A stretch of DNA of 64,000 nt from an uncultured Sediminibacterium sp. (GTDB lineage: Bacteria > Bacteroidota > Bacteroidia > Chitinophagales > Chitinophagaceae), in the NCBI GenBank assembly GCA_964448845.1, contig CAYUXJ010000001.1, positions 19,938 to 83,937 of the forward strand, read 5' to 3'. A program made the translations under genes and the position numbers. Below, piece after piece: positions 1 through 10,200 of the stretch. The number at the start of each line of letters is the position of its first letter. Position 1 is the first letter of the stretch. The notes under the pieces are model-generated. The model saw only the letters and a list, made by a program, of their open reading frames with translations, had not been told where the DNA came from and searched no databases.

Positions 1-66
1 ATTCGATTCGAAACGGAGTGGGGCAGGGGTACTACTTTTTTCATGGAGTGGCCGCGTCTTAACTAG
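1..66 (+). CDS. 3' end of a CDS cut by the window edge; the tail resembles the HATPase_c end of a sensor histidine kinase
   Basis: Frame 1 reads IRFETEWGRGTTFFMEWPRLN with TAG at 64-66. A G-x-G-T-x-F tail is typical of histidine-kinase ATPase domains. Only 21 codons are visible. Confidence 0.3.
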   Translation: MRFETEWGRGTTFFMEWPRLN

Positions 67-76
67 CCTGAATAAG

Positions 77-1753
77 TTAGGGTCGTTTTTTCTGTTGTTC
101 AGCTATGAAGTTCCGCATATCGCTGAGGGAGCGACTGCTGAGGTTACCGGAAGCGGGGAGTCCGGCTTTTTGCGCCACCAATACACCATAACGGATATCC
201 TTCAGTCCGGCAATATTGTGGGCATCGGGATTGATGGATATTAGTACACCTAATTCCTGTGCTTTTTCGATCCAGCGCCAGTCCAGATCCAATCGACGTG
301 GGTGGGCATTGAGTTCGATGACCACTTTATGTTCAGCACACGCATGCAGCAAACGTTCATGATCGACCGGATAGCCACTACGGCTCAATAGCAGTCTGCC
401 CGTGGGATGTCCAAGTATAGAAGTAAAAGGATTGGCTACGGCGGTGAGGAGTCGGTGCATGGCTTTCTCCTGCTGCATCTTTAGGTTAGAGTGGATAGAT
501 GCGATGATCAGATCGAATTGTGCGAGTACTTCTGCAGGGTAATCCAGGGCGCCATCACTCAGCACATCACTTTCAATACTTTTAAAGATGGTAAACGGTG
601 CCAGGGCGATATTCAGCTTTTCGATTTCACGGTGTTGGGCCATAACACGATCTGCTTGTAGTCCGTTCGCATAAAAGGCAGACCGCGAGTGGTCACTGAT
701 TACCAGGTATTCCAATCCCATATTGCAGGCTGCTTTCGCCATGGTTTCCAGGGTATCGGAGCCATCGCTCCACTGGCTGTGACAATGGATGATACCTCGT
801 ATGTCTTCCGTCACGATGCTACTGGGCAGTGCTTTGGCCCGGGCGCTGTGAATGATGGCAGCAGATTCCCGGCGGTATGCCGGAATTGGGTGAACACCTG
901 CTTTAGAGAAGATGGCAGTTTCGCTATCGTAGGTTTCATTTTCTTTCCAGCCTATTGTTTGATTCCATTCCTGCAGGAAGGGATCAGCGGCGCTGCGTTC
1001 AAATTGCTGGCGATAGATTTGTGTTGGCGTAGTGTGATAAAGATATAGTTGTATGCCTTCGCGGCTGGTAACCTTCAATAGATCGGCTTCTATGGTGTCA
1101 ATGGAAAATTGCCAATCGATTAATTGTGCTTGCGCTTGTATGGTATCGACAGTAGTTACATATTCCAGATGCGGAAGGGTTTCCATCTGTCGGCAGAGGG
1201 CGCCTGTTGTGAGGGTTGTTTGATCGGGGAAGGCGGTATTCCATTGTTGCAGGAAAAGGTTTGACCAGGGCTCCAGTTCGGCAAATAGAAATTGTCCTTG
1301 GTGTTGCAGATAGAATTCTATGGCTTCGCGGATATTTTGTTGAGTCTTTTCTCCGAATCCTTTATAGAGGGTGAGTCTGTTTTCATGACAGGCATAGAGG
1401 AGTTCACCCAGGGTTTCTATTTCCAGTTCCTTCCAGATGGTAGCAATTTTTTTCGGCCCCAGTCCCTTGATCGAGAGCATTTCAATAATGCCGGCAGGTG
1501 TTTTGTCGAGGTATTCCTGTAAAAGGGGTAGTATGCCTGTCTGTAGTTGTTCCTGAATTTTTTTACCTATGGCATCGCCGATTCCTTTCAATGCATTGAT
1601 AGCTGCGGGGGTAAGTGTATCGAGTTGAATATGCAGTTGATTGATCTGATAGGCGGCATTTGAATAGGAGCGGGATTTAAATGTATTGTCGCCATGAATA
1701 TCCATCAGTTTGGCGAGGAGGGTAAAGTTGTCGGCTAGTTGATCGTTGTTCAT
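77..1753 (-). CDS. polX: DNA polymerase X family protein with C-terminal PHP (histidinol-phosphatase-like) domain
   Basis: 558-aa ORF. The N-terminal half has HhH/pol-beta-like features (IKGLGPKKIATIWKELEI, GFGEKTQQNI). The C-terminal half has PHP motifs (GIIHCHSQWSDGS, ISDHS, HPTGRLL). Confidence 0.85.
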   Translation of the reverse strand: MNNDQLADNFTLLAKLMDIHGDNTFKSRSYSNAAYQINQLHIQLDTLTPAAINALKGIGDAIGKKIQEQLQTGILPLLQEYLDKTPAGIIEMLSIKGLGPKKIATIWKELEIETLGELLYACHENRLTLYKGFGEKTQQNIREAIEFYLQHQGQFLFAELEPWSNLFLQQWNTAFPDQTTLTTGALCRQMETLPHLEYVTTVDTIQAQAQLIDWQFSIDTIEADLLKVTSREGIQLYLYHTTPTQIYRQQFERSAADPFLQEWNQTIGWKENETYDSETAIFSKAGVHPIPAYRRESAAIIHSARAKALPSSIVTEDIRGIIHCHSQWSDGSDTLETMAKAACNMGLEYLVISDHSRSAFYANGLQADRVMAQHREIEKLNIALAPFTIFKSIESDVLSDGALDYPAEVLAQFDLIIASIHSNLKMQQEKAMHRLLTAVANPFTSILGHPTGRLLLSRSGYPVDHERLLHACAEHKVVIELNAHPRRLDLDWRWIEKAQELGVLISINPDAHNIAGLKDIRYGVLVAQKAGLPASGNLSSRSLSDMRNFIAEQQKKRP

Positions 1754-1770
1754 ATTGAAGGAGGGAAGTT

Positions 1771-1802
1771 AAAAAAAAAGTCCCGGCATAACCGGGACTT
1801 TT
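1771..1802 (-). terminator. Intrinsic terminator after the KA-rich mini-gene
   Basis: Stem AGTCCCGG (1779-1786) pairs with CCGGGACT (1792-1799) around a 5-nt loop. An A9 run on the + strand gives a U-run on the minus transcript. Confidence 0.6.
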
Positions 1803-1829
1803 AGACTATTTCTGCTTGTGAGCGAAGAA

Positions 1830-1988
1830 TTACTTCTTCTTAGCGGCTTTCTTAGGAGCAGCTTTCTTAGCAGCTTTTTTAGGAGCGGCTTTCTTAGCAG
1901 CTTTCTTAGGAGCAGCTTTCTTAGCGGCTTTCTTTGGAGCGGCTTTCTTAGCGGCTTTTTTAGGAGCGGCTTTTTTTGCAGTTGCCAT
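1830..1988 (-). CDS. Lysine/alanine-rich histone H1-like small basic protein (52 aa), absent from the ORF track because it is under 60 aa
   Basis: Minus-strand ATG at 1988-1986 and TAA at 1832-1830, 159 nt in frame. It translates to MATAKK(AAPKKAAKK)x5K. The terminator at 1771-1802 follows directly. Confidence 0.65.
   Translation of the reverse strand: MATAKKAAPKKAAKKAAPKKAAKKAAPKKAAKKAAPKKAAKKAAPKKAAKKK
1836..1970. repeat. Five tandem 27-nt units (coding repeat inside the KA-rich ORF)
   Basis: The unit tttcttagcRgctttYttWggagcRgc repeats head to tail with period 27 nt, equal to the 9-aa AAPKKAAKK unit. Confidence 0.8.
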
Positions 1989-2061
1989 GTTTAAGAAATT
2001 TAATGGTTAGTTAATACATTAAAAGTATAAACATATTTTCAACTAACAAAAAAAATTTTTT

Positions 2062-2328
2062 TTAAGCCGTTGCGGGTGAGCTGATTACGGATACAGTGGT
2101 CTTGTTATTTCTTCCTTTTTTGTACTCAACGAGTCCACTGGTGAGTGCAAACAAAGTGTAGTCGGTACCAACACCAACATTCTTTCCGGCATGATATACG
2201 GTACCGCGCTGACGCACGATGATATTGCCGGCGAGCGCAGGTTGACCACCATATATTTTTACACCGAGGCGTTTACTTTGCGAGTCCCTGCCGTTCTTTA
2301 CACTACCTTCTCCTTTTTTGTGTGCCAT
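2062..2328 (-). CDS. rpmA: 50S ribosomal protein L27
   Basis: [29 protein letters not shown]... is the canonical L27 N-terminus; 88 aa. Confidence 0.95.
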   Translation of the reverse strand: MAHKKGEGSVKNGRDSQSKRLGVKIYGGQPALAGNIIVRQRGTVYHAGKNVGVGTDYTLFALTSGLVEYKKGRNNKTTVSVISSPATA

Positions 2329-2388
2329 GGTAAGTTGTTTTACGGATAACTGAAATTACTTTTTTAAAACGGTTGTTTAAGCAGGCAA

Positions 2389-2694
2389 TTAAGCGATGCT
2401 TTCAATTTTTATTTGTGTGTAGTGAGTTCTGTGACCGTGTTTCTTGCGGAAACCTTTTCTTCTTTTCATTTTGAAGGCAATCACTTTATCACCCATCACC
2501 AGGTCTTTCAGGATTTCTGCCTGAACAGTTGCTTTTACTTGCTGACCGGCGGTAACCTGACCGTCTTTCTCCAGCATCAATACCTGGTTGAAGGATACTT
2601 TATCACCTGCTTTTCCCGGCAGATGCGGAACGAATAACTGCTGACCCTCTTTTACTTTGAATTGCTGGCCGGCAATGGTAACAATAGCTAACAT
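2389..2694 (-). CDS. rplU: 50S ribosomal protein L21
   Basis: MLAIVTIAGQQFKVKEGQQLFV is L21-like. The start is placed at the internal Met because a TAccTTTG box at 2716-2723 overlaps the longer ORF start at 2718. Confidence 0.9.
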   Translation of the reverse strand: MLAIVTIAGQQFKVKEGQQLFVPHLPGKAGDKVSFNQVLMLEKDGQVTAGQQVKATVQAEILKDLVMGDKVIAFKMKRRKGFRKKHGHRTHYTQIKIESIA

Positions 2695-2715
2695 AATTTC
2701 CTGAATTTGGGACGG

Positions 2716-2723
2716 CAAAGGTA
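2716..2723 (-). promoter_or_regulatory. Bacteroidota -7 promoter box TAccTTTG upstream of rplU-rpmA
   Basis: The + strand reads CAAAGGTA, which is an exact TAnnTTTG on the minus strand, 22 nt upstream of the ATG at 2694. Confidence 0.45.
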
Positions 2724-2890
2724 AGCAATTTTTTTACAGAAATCCCCCATTTTTTTAAAAATTCAGCCGTCTGGACTGCAATTATCCACTTTTTTATACA
2801 AATCTGCATAACCTAATGAGTATAAATTATTTATACACAATTTAAAATTCCGATAACGAAACAGTCCCTTTCAATCCCGTACAATCTATC

Positions 2891-2898
2891 TATTTTTG
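2891..2898 (+). promoter_or_regulatory. -7 promoter box TAttTTTG upstream of the GH3-family gene
   Basis: Exact TAnnTTTG, 17 nt upstream of the ATG at 2915. Confidence 0.4.
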
Positions 2899-2914
2899 TT
2901 CTTCAACCCCCTTT

Positions 2915-4414
2915 ATGCTGCTACAACTGACAGCGAAACTAGCCCGTCCCTATGCCAATTACGTCTATCGGTCCCTACGACGCGGCATGGTAACCGCAGT
3001 CGCCGACCAGCAGCGCATCCTCGAAGAACTGATCAAACAGGGTCGCAAAACCCAGTTCGGTAATGACCACCACTTCAAGAACATCAGCAGCGCAGCCGAA
3101 TTTGCCCAAGCAGTGCCGGTTCGGGACTATGAGCTGCTGAAAACGTATATCGAGGAGGTAAAAGCAGGTGGGGAGAACATACTCTGGAAGGGGAAACCCC
3201 TTTATTTCGCCAAAACCAGTGGCACCACCAGCGGGGTCAAATATATCCCTATCAGCAAAGATTCAATTTCTAACCATATAAATGGTGCCCGAAACGCCCT
3301 GCTATGTTATATCGCCACCACCGGACAATCGGCCTTTGCCTCCGGAAATATGATCTTCCTCAGTGGCTCACCTGAATTAGAAAGGGTTGGTGGCATCCCC
3401 ACCGGCCGACTTAGCGGTATCGTCAACCACCACGTGCCCGCCTACCTCCGTTCGAATCAATTGCCTTCTTATGAAACGAATTGCATCGACGACTGGGAAA
3501 CGAAACTTGATAAAATCGTGGAAGAGACGATAGAGAAGCCCATGACCCTGATCAGCGGTATTCCCCCCTGGATGCAAATGTATTTCGACCGGCTGCGGGA
3601 AAAGTCCGGCAAACCTGTTGGTGAACTTTTTCCCCGCTTCAACCTGATGGTGCATGGTGGCGTCAACTTCGCACCCTATCGCCAAAAACTGATGGAGAGC
3701 ATCGGCAGACCCATTGACAGCATTGAATTATATCCCGCCAGCGAGGGATTCTTTGCCTTCCAGGATAGTCAGGCAGCAGAGGGGCTGCTCCTGAATACCA
3801 ATAGCGGTATTTTTTATGAATTTATTCCGGTACAGGAAGTATTCGAAGCACATCCTACGCGACTGACCCTCGAACAAGTGCAGACGGATGTTCAATATGC
3901 CATCCTCATCAGCAGCAATGCCGGACTATGGGGGTATCTGGTAGGCGATACCGTTAAGTTCACTTCCACCCGTCCGTATCGATTGGTCGTGACAGGACGA
4001 ATCAAACATTTTATATCCGCCTTTGGCGAACATGTGATTGGCGAAGAAGTCGAAAAATCTATGCAAAGTGCCATTTCATTAGCGGGAGGCAGGATTACCG
4101 AGTTTACCGTAGCCCCCAATATCGCGCAGGGTGCCGGTAAAAGTTTCCACGAATGGTTCATTGAATTCGAGCAGGAACCGGACGATGTTGAACAATTCAT
4201 TGCCGCACTCGATGCCGCCCTGCGGGAACACAATGTATATTATGATGACCTGATTAGTGGCAATATCCTCGAGCGCCTCCGCATCTCCCGTGTTCGAAAA
4301 AACGGATTCATCGACTACATGCGGTCTGCGGGCAAACTGGGTGGTCAAAACAAAGTACCCCGCTTAAGCAATGACCGGCAACTGGCAGAAGCCCTGCAAC
4401 CCTTTCTCTTATAA
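2915..4414 (+). CDS. GH3 (auxin-responsive-promoter) family acyl-adenylate-forming protein
   Basis: 499 aa. FAKTSGTTSGVKYIPISK is the adenylation motif typical of the GH3 family, and the length matches bacterial GH3 homologues. Confidence 0.75.
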   Translation: MLLQLTAKLARPYANYVYRSLRRGMVTAVADQQRILEELIKQGRKTQFGNDHHFKNISSAAEFAQAVPVRDYELLKTYIEEVKAGGENILWKGKPLYFAKTSGTTSGVKYIPISKDSISNHINGARNALLCYIATTGQSAFASGNMIFLSGSPELERVGGIPTGRLSGIVNHHVPAYLRSNQLPSYETNCIDDWETKLDKIVEETIEKPMTLISGIPPWMQMYFDRLREKSGKPVGELFPRFNLMVHGGVNFAPYRQKLMESIGRPIDSIELYPASEGFFAFQDSQAAEGLLLNTNSGIFYEFIPVQEVFEAHPTRLTLEQVQTDVQYAILISSNAGLWGYLVGDTVKFTSTRPYRLVVTGRIKHFISAFGEHVIGEEVEKSMQSAISLAGGRITEFTVAPNIAQGAGKSFHEWFIEFEQEPDDVEQFIAALDAALREHNVYYDDLISGNILERLRISRVRKNGFIDYMRSAGKLGGQNKVPRLSNDRQLAEALQPFLL

Positions 4415-4471
4415 GAATCGTCTTTTCGGATGGCTTTTCAATCGGATTACCTAAATTAGCATTTCGTCAGC

Positions 4472-5650
4472 TTGCCCATGTCATCTATTCCTATCAAACG
4501 TATTGCCCTATTTGGTTCCACCGGTTCTATTGGTACCCAGGCATTGGATGTGATTGCAGCCAATCCGGAACTCTTTTCTGCTGAAATATTGACGGCAATG
4601 ACCAACCATACCCTGCTCATCGAGCAGGCACTGCGTTTTAATCCGGCAGTTGTAGTGATCGGAGAGGAAAGCAAGTATGCAGCTGTACGCGATGCCCTCG
4701 CCGGAAAAGACATCAAAGTATTTTGTGGTGAACAGGCACTGCAGGAAGTAGCTTCCATGCAGATATATGATATGATGCTGGCAGCTATTGTTGGCTATGC
4801 AGGACTCAAACCAACGTTATGTGCGATTGAAGCCGGCAAGCCCATTGCGCTGGCCAACAAAGAAACCCTGGTAGTGGCAGGCGATATCATCATCCGCAAA
4901 GCCCTGGAATACCGGGTGCCTATCATTCCGGTAGACAGCGAACATTCTGCCATCTTTCAATGTCTAGTAGGCGAGGGGCGCAACCGCATTGAAAAGATCA
5001 TTCTCACTGCAAGTGGCGGTCCCTTCTTCGGCAAGAAGCCCAACTTCCTCGTCAACGTAAAGCGCGAGCATGCACTGCAACATCCCAACTGGAGCATGGG
5101 TGCCAAAATCACCATCGATTCAGCCACTTTGATGAATAAAGGACTGGAAGTGATTGAAGCCCGCTGGCTTTTCAACCTCCGCCCCGATCAGATTCAGGTG
5201 GTGGTGCATCCGCAAAGCATCATTCACAGTTTGGTGCAATTTGAAGACGGCAGCTTAAAAGCACAAATGGGTCTTCCCGATATGAAATTGCCCATACAAT
5301 ATGCCTTGGCATTTCCGCAGCGCATACCCAATGATTTTCCGCGCTATAATTTCTTGCAACCTTCCACTTTACATTTTCATGAGCCGGATCTAAAAACTTT
5401 CCGCAGCCTGGCACTGGCGATGGAAGCCATGAAACAGGGGGGAAATATGCCTTGTATTTTAAATGCCGCCAACGAACTGGCCGTTTACGCCTTCCTCCAC
5501 AATCGCATCGGCTTCCTCGATATGACCGATGTGGTCGAAAAAACAATGATGCAGGTACCTTTTATTCAAAATCCTACCCTCGAAGACTATTTTGAAACTG
5601 ACGGGGAGGCGCGTACCTTTGCAGCCTCTATCATTCATTTATACGGATAG
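4472..5650 (+). CDS. dxr: 1-deoxy-D-xylulose 5-phosphate reductoisomerase
   Basis: Motifs IALFGSTGSIGTQALDV, LANKETLV, DSEHSAIFQC and HPNWSMG; 392 aa. Confidence 0.95.
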   Translation: MPMSSIPIKRIALFGSTGSIGTQALDVIAANPELFSAEILTAMTNHTLLIEQALRFNPAVVVIGEESKYAAVRDALAGKDIKVFCGEQALQEVASMQIYDMMLAAIVGYAGLKPTLCAIEAGKPIALANKETLVVAGDIIIRKALEYRVPIIPVDSEHSAIFQCLVGEGRNRIEKIILTASGGPFFGKKPNFLVNVKREHALQHPNWSMGAKITIDSATLMNKGLEVIEARWLFNLRPDQIQVVVHPQSIIHSLVQFEDGSLKAQMGLPDMKLPIQYALAFPQRIPNDFPRYNFLQPSTLHFHEPDLKTFRSLALAMEAMKQGGNMPCILNAANELAVYAFLHNRIGFLDMTDVVEKTMMQVPFIQNPTLEDYFETDGEARTFAASIIHLYG

Positions 5651-5681
5651 GGGTAATTCATTCAGCAAGCAATTTTTCAAC

Positions 5682-7031
5682 ATGACTTTATTAGCAGTAG
5701 ACTGGGCCAGTGTAGGAATCAAGGCGGCCCAATTCATTTTGTCATTCTCCATATTAGTGATCCTGCACGAACTTGGCCATTTTTTGCCTGCCCGTTGGTT
5801 TGGCTGCCGGGTAGATAAGTTCTACCTTTTCTTTGATGCCTGGTTCAGCCTTTGGAAAAAGAAGAAGGGTGATACCGAATATGGTCTCGGCTGGATTCCC
5901 TTTGGCGGCTATGTGAAGATCGCGGGGATGATCGATGAGAGCATGGATAAAGAACAAATGAAACAACCCCCTCAACCCTGGGAATTTCGTTCCAAGCCGG
6001 CCTGGCAGCGCCTTATTATTTTATTAGGTGGTATCGTTGTCAATGTAATACTGGCCATCGTTATCTTCATCGGTATCACGTGGTTCTATGGGGAGCAACA
6101 ATTGCCTGTAAAAAATATCCGCTATGGATTACGTACCGATTCGCTGGTGCGCACCATTGGTATGCAGGATGGTGATAACCTGGTGGCTATTGACAACCAG
6201 CCGCTGACCTATTTTGGTTCTTTTGATGCCGATATCATTTTTAAGCAACCGAAAACGATTCAGGTGCAGCGTGGTGACTCCCTGCTCAGTTTAACCATAC
6301 CCGAAGGTTTTGCTAAGCAGGTGATGGCACAGCGTCGTTCCGGCGCATTGTTGACATTGCGTTTTCCCATCATCATTGATTCGGTGTCGAAAGATGCTGT
6401 ATTCACTGCCAACCGGCTGATGAAGCATGATACGGTCATTGCCCTCAATGGAAAGCCAACTTTATTTTTTCATGAATTAGCGCCACTAAAAGATCAATAC
6501 AAAGATTCCATCGTGCAACTCACCGTTTGCAGGGGTTCAGATACTGTTGCCGTTCGGGCACTTGTCAGCAGTTCGGGTTCCATCGGATTCTTTCCGGTGC
6601 AGCCACTCAAACTAATGCCCACCATTACTACGCGCTACAGTTTGTTACAATCTATTCCCATTGGATTCAATCATACTTGGGAAACCCTGGGGCGTTATAT
6701 TACTGGCATCAAGCAAATGTTCACCGGTGAGGCCAACGTCAAAGATTCATTAGGTAGTGTCATCAGCATCGGAAATACTTTCCCCGGTGAATGGGATTGG
6801 GAACGATTCTGGACGTTGACCGCTATCTTTTCCATTGTGTTAGCTTTCATGAATGTGCTCCCTATACCTGCATTAGATGGTGGTCATGCATTGTTCACGC
6901 TGTATGAGATGATTACGGGTCGTAAACCCAGTGATAAATTCATGGAGTATGCCCAGATTGCAGGTTTCGTTCTGCTCATGTCACTGATGGCGTATGCACT
7001 CGGACTAGATGTGTGGAGAATATTTAAGTAG
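5682..7031 (+). CDS. rseP: RIP site-2 metalloprotease RseP
   Basis: HELGHF zinc motif in the first TM helix, a central PDZ-like region, and a C-terminal NVLPIPALDGGH motif. The start is set at ATG 5682, because the longer ORF would overlap dxr. Confidence 0.9.
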   Translation: MTLLAVDWASVGIKAAQFILSFSILVILHELGHFLPARWFGCRVDKFYLFFDAWFSLWKKKKGDTEYGLGWIPFGGYVKIAGMIDESMDKEQMKQPPQPWEFRSKPAWQRLIILLGGIVVNVILAIVIFIGITWFYGEQQLPVKNIRYGLRTDSLVRTIGMQDGDNLVAIDNQPLTYFGSFDADIIFKQPKTIQVQRGDSLLSLTIPEGFAKQVMAQRRSGALLTLRFPIIIDSVSKDAVFTANRLMKHDTVIALNGKPTLFFHELAPLKDQYKDSIVQLTVCRGSDTVAVRALVSSSGSIGFFPVQPLKLMPTITTRYSLLQSIPIGFNHTWETLGRYITGIKQMFTGEANVKDSLGSVISIGNTFPGEWDWERFWTLTAIFSIVLAFMNVLPIPALDGGHALFTLYEMITGRKPSDKFMEYAQIAGFVLLMSLMAYALGLDVWRIFK

Positions 7032-7227
7032 AAGCTTACTTATTCAATAAGTAATACCTTTTTCTGCCTTGCATCAACTGCTTTTATATTATTGGATGGG
7101 TATTTCCATAGCAAGTAAATTTTATTCCTTTTAGTCAGCTTGATTCGCATTTGAATCAGTGGGTGGATGTAATAATTTATTAATCCCATGCCCTATTTTT
7201 TGCCATAAAATGGTCATATTTTCAAGT

Positions 7228-10200
7228 ATGAAAAGAGCATACTTTTTTTTATTATTATTAACGAATGTATTTTTTGTTCACGCACAAGTGAAAATGCATT
7301 CTCACAATGATTATCAACAGGAAAATCCTTTTATTTCTGCATATCAATTGCATTTTACTTCTATTGAAGTAGATATTTTTTTGATAAAAGAGAAATTGTT
7401 GGTGGCCCATGACAGAAAAGATGTTGACAGTAACAAGACCCTGGATAAATTGTACTTGCGACCCCTTGATTCAGTGCTTCGATTTAGTCCTAATCGAAAT
7501 TTACAACTACTGATTGATATAAAAACTGAGGCAGATCCTACACTACAAGCTGTAATTAAAGAATTGAGAAAATATCCAGTTCTGCTATCCAATAAAAGTT
7601 TAACTATAACCATTAGTGGTAATCGACCCCGTATGGAAGATTATTCCCAATATCCGGAATTCATATACTTTGATGGTCGACCAAACGAATCATATACCCA
7701 GGCTCAATTGAAAAAAATTTCATTGATCAGTGATTCCTATTTCAATTATATAAAGTTAGGGAAACCTGATTTTTCATTAATACAAGATGCTGTCAAAAAT
7801 GCACATCAGTCGGGAAAGCCATTCAGATTATGGGCTCATCCTGATAATGAAGCCGGCTGGCGACAAATGATCTTATCTGGAATTGATTATATTAATACTG
7901 ACAAGATTGTAGAGCTATCCGATTTTGTAACTAAAAATAATGTTGAGATAAAAGAAGAAATCTTGCGTTATTCCACTTTACATGATTCTATCAAGATGAT
8001 GCCTTATAATCGAATTATTAACAGTGCAGGTAAAGTGGTTAGATTTGGTTCACCAAGGCAGGAAAATCATGCACTTGATATTGTTAGGATTCCTGAAACA
8101 TCTGTAGTTGTTGTTGAAGATAGATACGGCATCATTGCTATTGATACATCCGGCCAAATAATAGATAGATATAGTTTTCCCACAATAGGTGCATTTAAAT
8201 CGCTAATGAGTACCTATTCCGGTATAAAATCATTTAAGCAGGCAGATACAACCTGGATTCTATGGTCTGCTGCTGCTAAAAATGAATCTTATTTGATGTA
8301 TGCAATATGGAAAAATGACTCTTTTCAACATATAGGTGGTTATAAGATTGAAAGAAACATGCCGGCTGATAATGCCATACCCAATGAATTGATAGTTGAC
8401 GAAAAACAATCCGCGGTCTACCTCGTTTTAAATGGAAATAACCAAGTCTTGAAACTTACCTGGCCGGATAAAAAAATGGTATGGCAACAATCATCCGGTG
8501 GAATTGCTCCTTATGGGATTGCCAAGGCAAATAATAAATTATATGTTACCAATTGGGCAGGCCCGATTGCTATTGATGCTGCCAAGGAGCGGGCAGGTGT
8601 TCCCTGGGATTTAGCATATACAGATCCTTCAACGGGCGCAACTTCAATGGGTACCGTTTCTATACTCGACGAAAAAACAGGAAATATGATTGGTGAAATT
8701 AAGGTTGGGTTGCACCCCAATGTTATTAAATCTTCACCTGACAACAGATTTTTATATGTAGCGAATGGAAACAGTGATGAAATATCTGTCATTGATGCCA
8801 AAAAAGACCAGGTAATAGAAACTATTCCGATTGGATTATTTCAAAAGAGTTTTGATTTATCCGGAAGTTCTCCAGTGGGCTTGACACTAGATGGCCATAA
8901 TAAACTTTATGTTTCGAATGGAATGGACAATGCGATTGCAGTAGTATCCCTTGGTCACAAAAGCTCAAATAAAGGAAGAGCTACCTCTAAAATTGAAGGA
9001 TTTATCCCAACGGAATCGTATCCTTCAGGATCTGTATTGTTGGGTAACTTATTATTTGTTGCTAATCTTGAATCCGAAGGAGCCAATATTGTTACTCCGG
9101 AAAAAAGGGGTAGGGGAATTCATTATCAATTTGCATCAGTTTCTATCATTCCGTTGCCAACGACTGAACAATTAAAATTGTATACCAGTCTCGTATATGA
9201 AAATGCCTTACTCAATCGCTTGGAAAAGATTGGGTTGCCCCCAAGAGATACTGTTAAGCCAAGACCTATACCTGAGAGATTAGGAGAACCTTCAGTTTTT
9301 AAGCATATTGTTTATATTATAAAGGAAAATAAAACATACGATCAGGTATTGGGTGATCTTAAAGAAGGCAATGGTGACAGTTCTTTATGCGTATTCGGAG
9401 ATTTTTTTACACCTAATTTGCACAAACTGGCAAAGCAATATGGGTGGATGGATAACTATTACGCATCCGGAAAATCCAGTGCAGAAGGACACCAGTGGTC
9501 GAATGCTGCCATTGTATCAGACTACGTAGAAAAAAATGTGCGAACCTGGTTAAGGAGTTATCCTCACCGCCAAACAGACGCTTTGGTTTATAACAAGACA
9601 GGGTATATCTGGAACCAGGCAATGGATCATGGAAAACGAGTGCGCATTTTTGGAGAAGCTTGTACAACCATTTATGATAATAAATTAAATTGGTTTGATC
9701 TATATAAGCAGTATCAATCCGGTGCGAAACCTAATTGGAAAAACCAAACGACGATTGCCAGAATTGATTCAATTATTTCACCCACTTTTCCAGATAATGA
9801 TAATATGGTATTCAGCGATCAGCAGCGTGCTGATGTTTTCATACAGGAATGGGACCAACTATCAGGGGCAGGTAAACTTCCCCATTTAATGATTGTTTCA
9901 TTGCCGAATGACCATGGTGCTGGATTGTCGCCGAATTTCCCTACACCAGATGCAATGGTAGCCGATAATGACCTCGCACTTGGACGAATGGTGGAACACA
10001 TTAGTAATAGTCCTTTTTTTGACTCAACCCTGATTTTGATAACTCAAGATGATTCACAAAGCGGCTGGGATCATGTTTCTGCCTATCGAACCATTGGAAT
10101 GGCGATAAGCGCCTATAACAAAAAAGGAGTTGTATCCACTAATTACAACCAAACTTCAATGGTTAGAACGATTGAACAGGTTTTAGGAATTCCCCCCATG

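Noticed and set aside
1836-1970. Regular short tandem repeats that superficially resemble a CRISPR array or minisatellite
   Set aside because: The period is 27 nt with no unique spacers. The units are contiguous, in frame, and encode the AAPKKAAKK repeat of a small basic protein with proper start, stop and terminator.
5592-5681. Longer N-terminal extensions offered by the ORF track (rseP from 5592, phosphoesterase from GTG 7159, susC from GTG 10618, CstB-like from 24320, BNR protein from 33675, peptidase from 51029)
   Set aside because: The extensions overlap upstream genes or promoter boxes and lack signal-peptide logic. The internal Met in each case begins a canonical signal peptide or conserved N-terminus.
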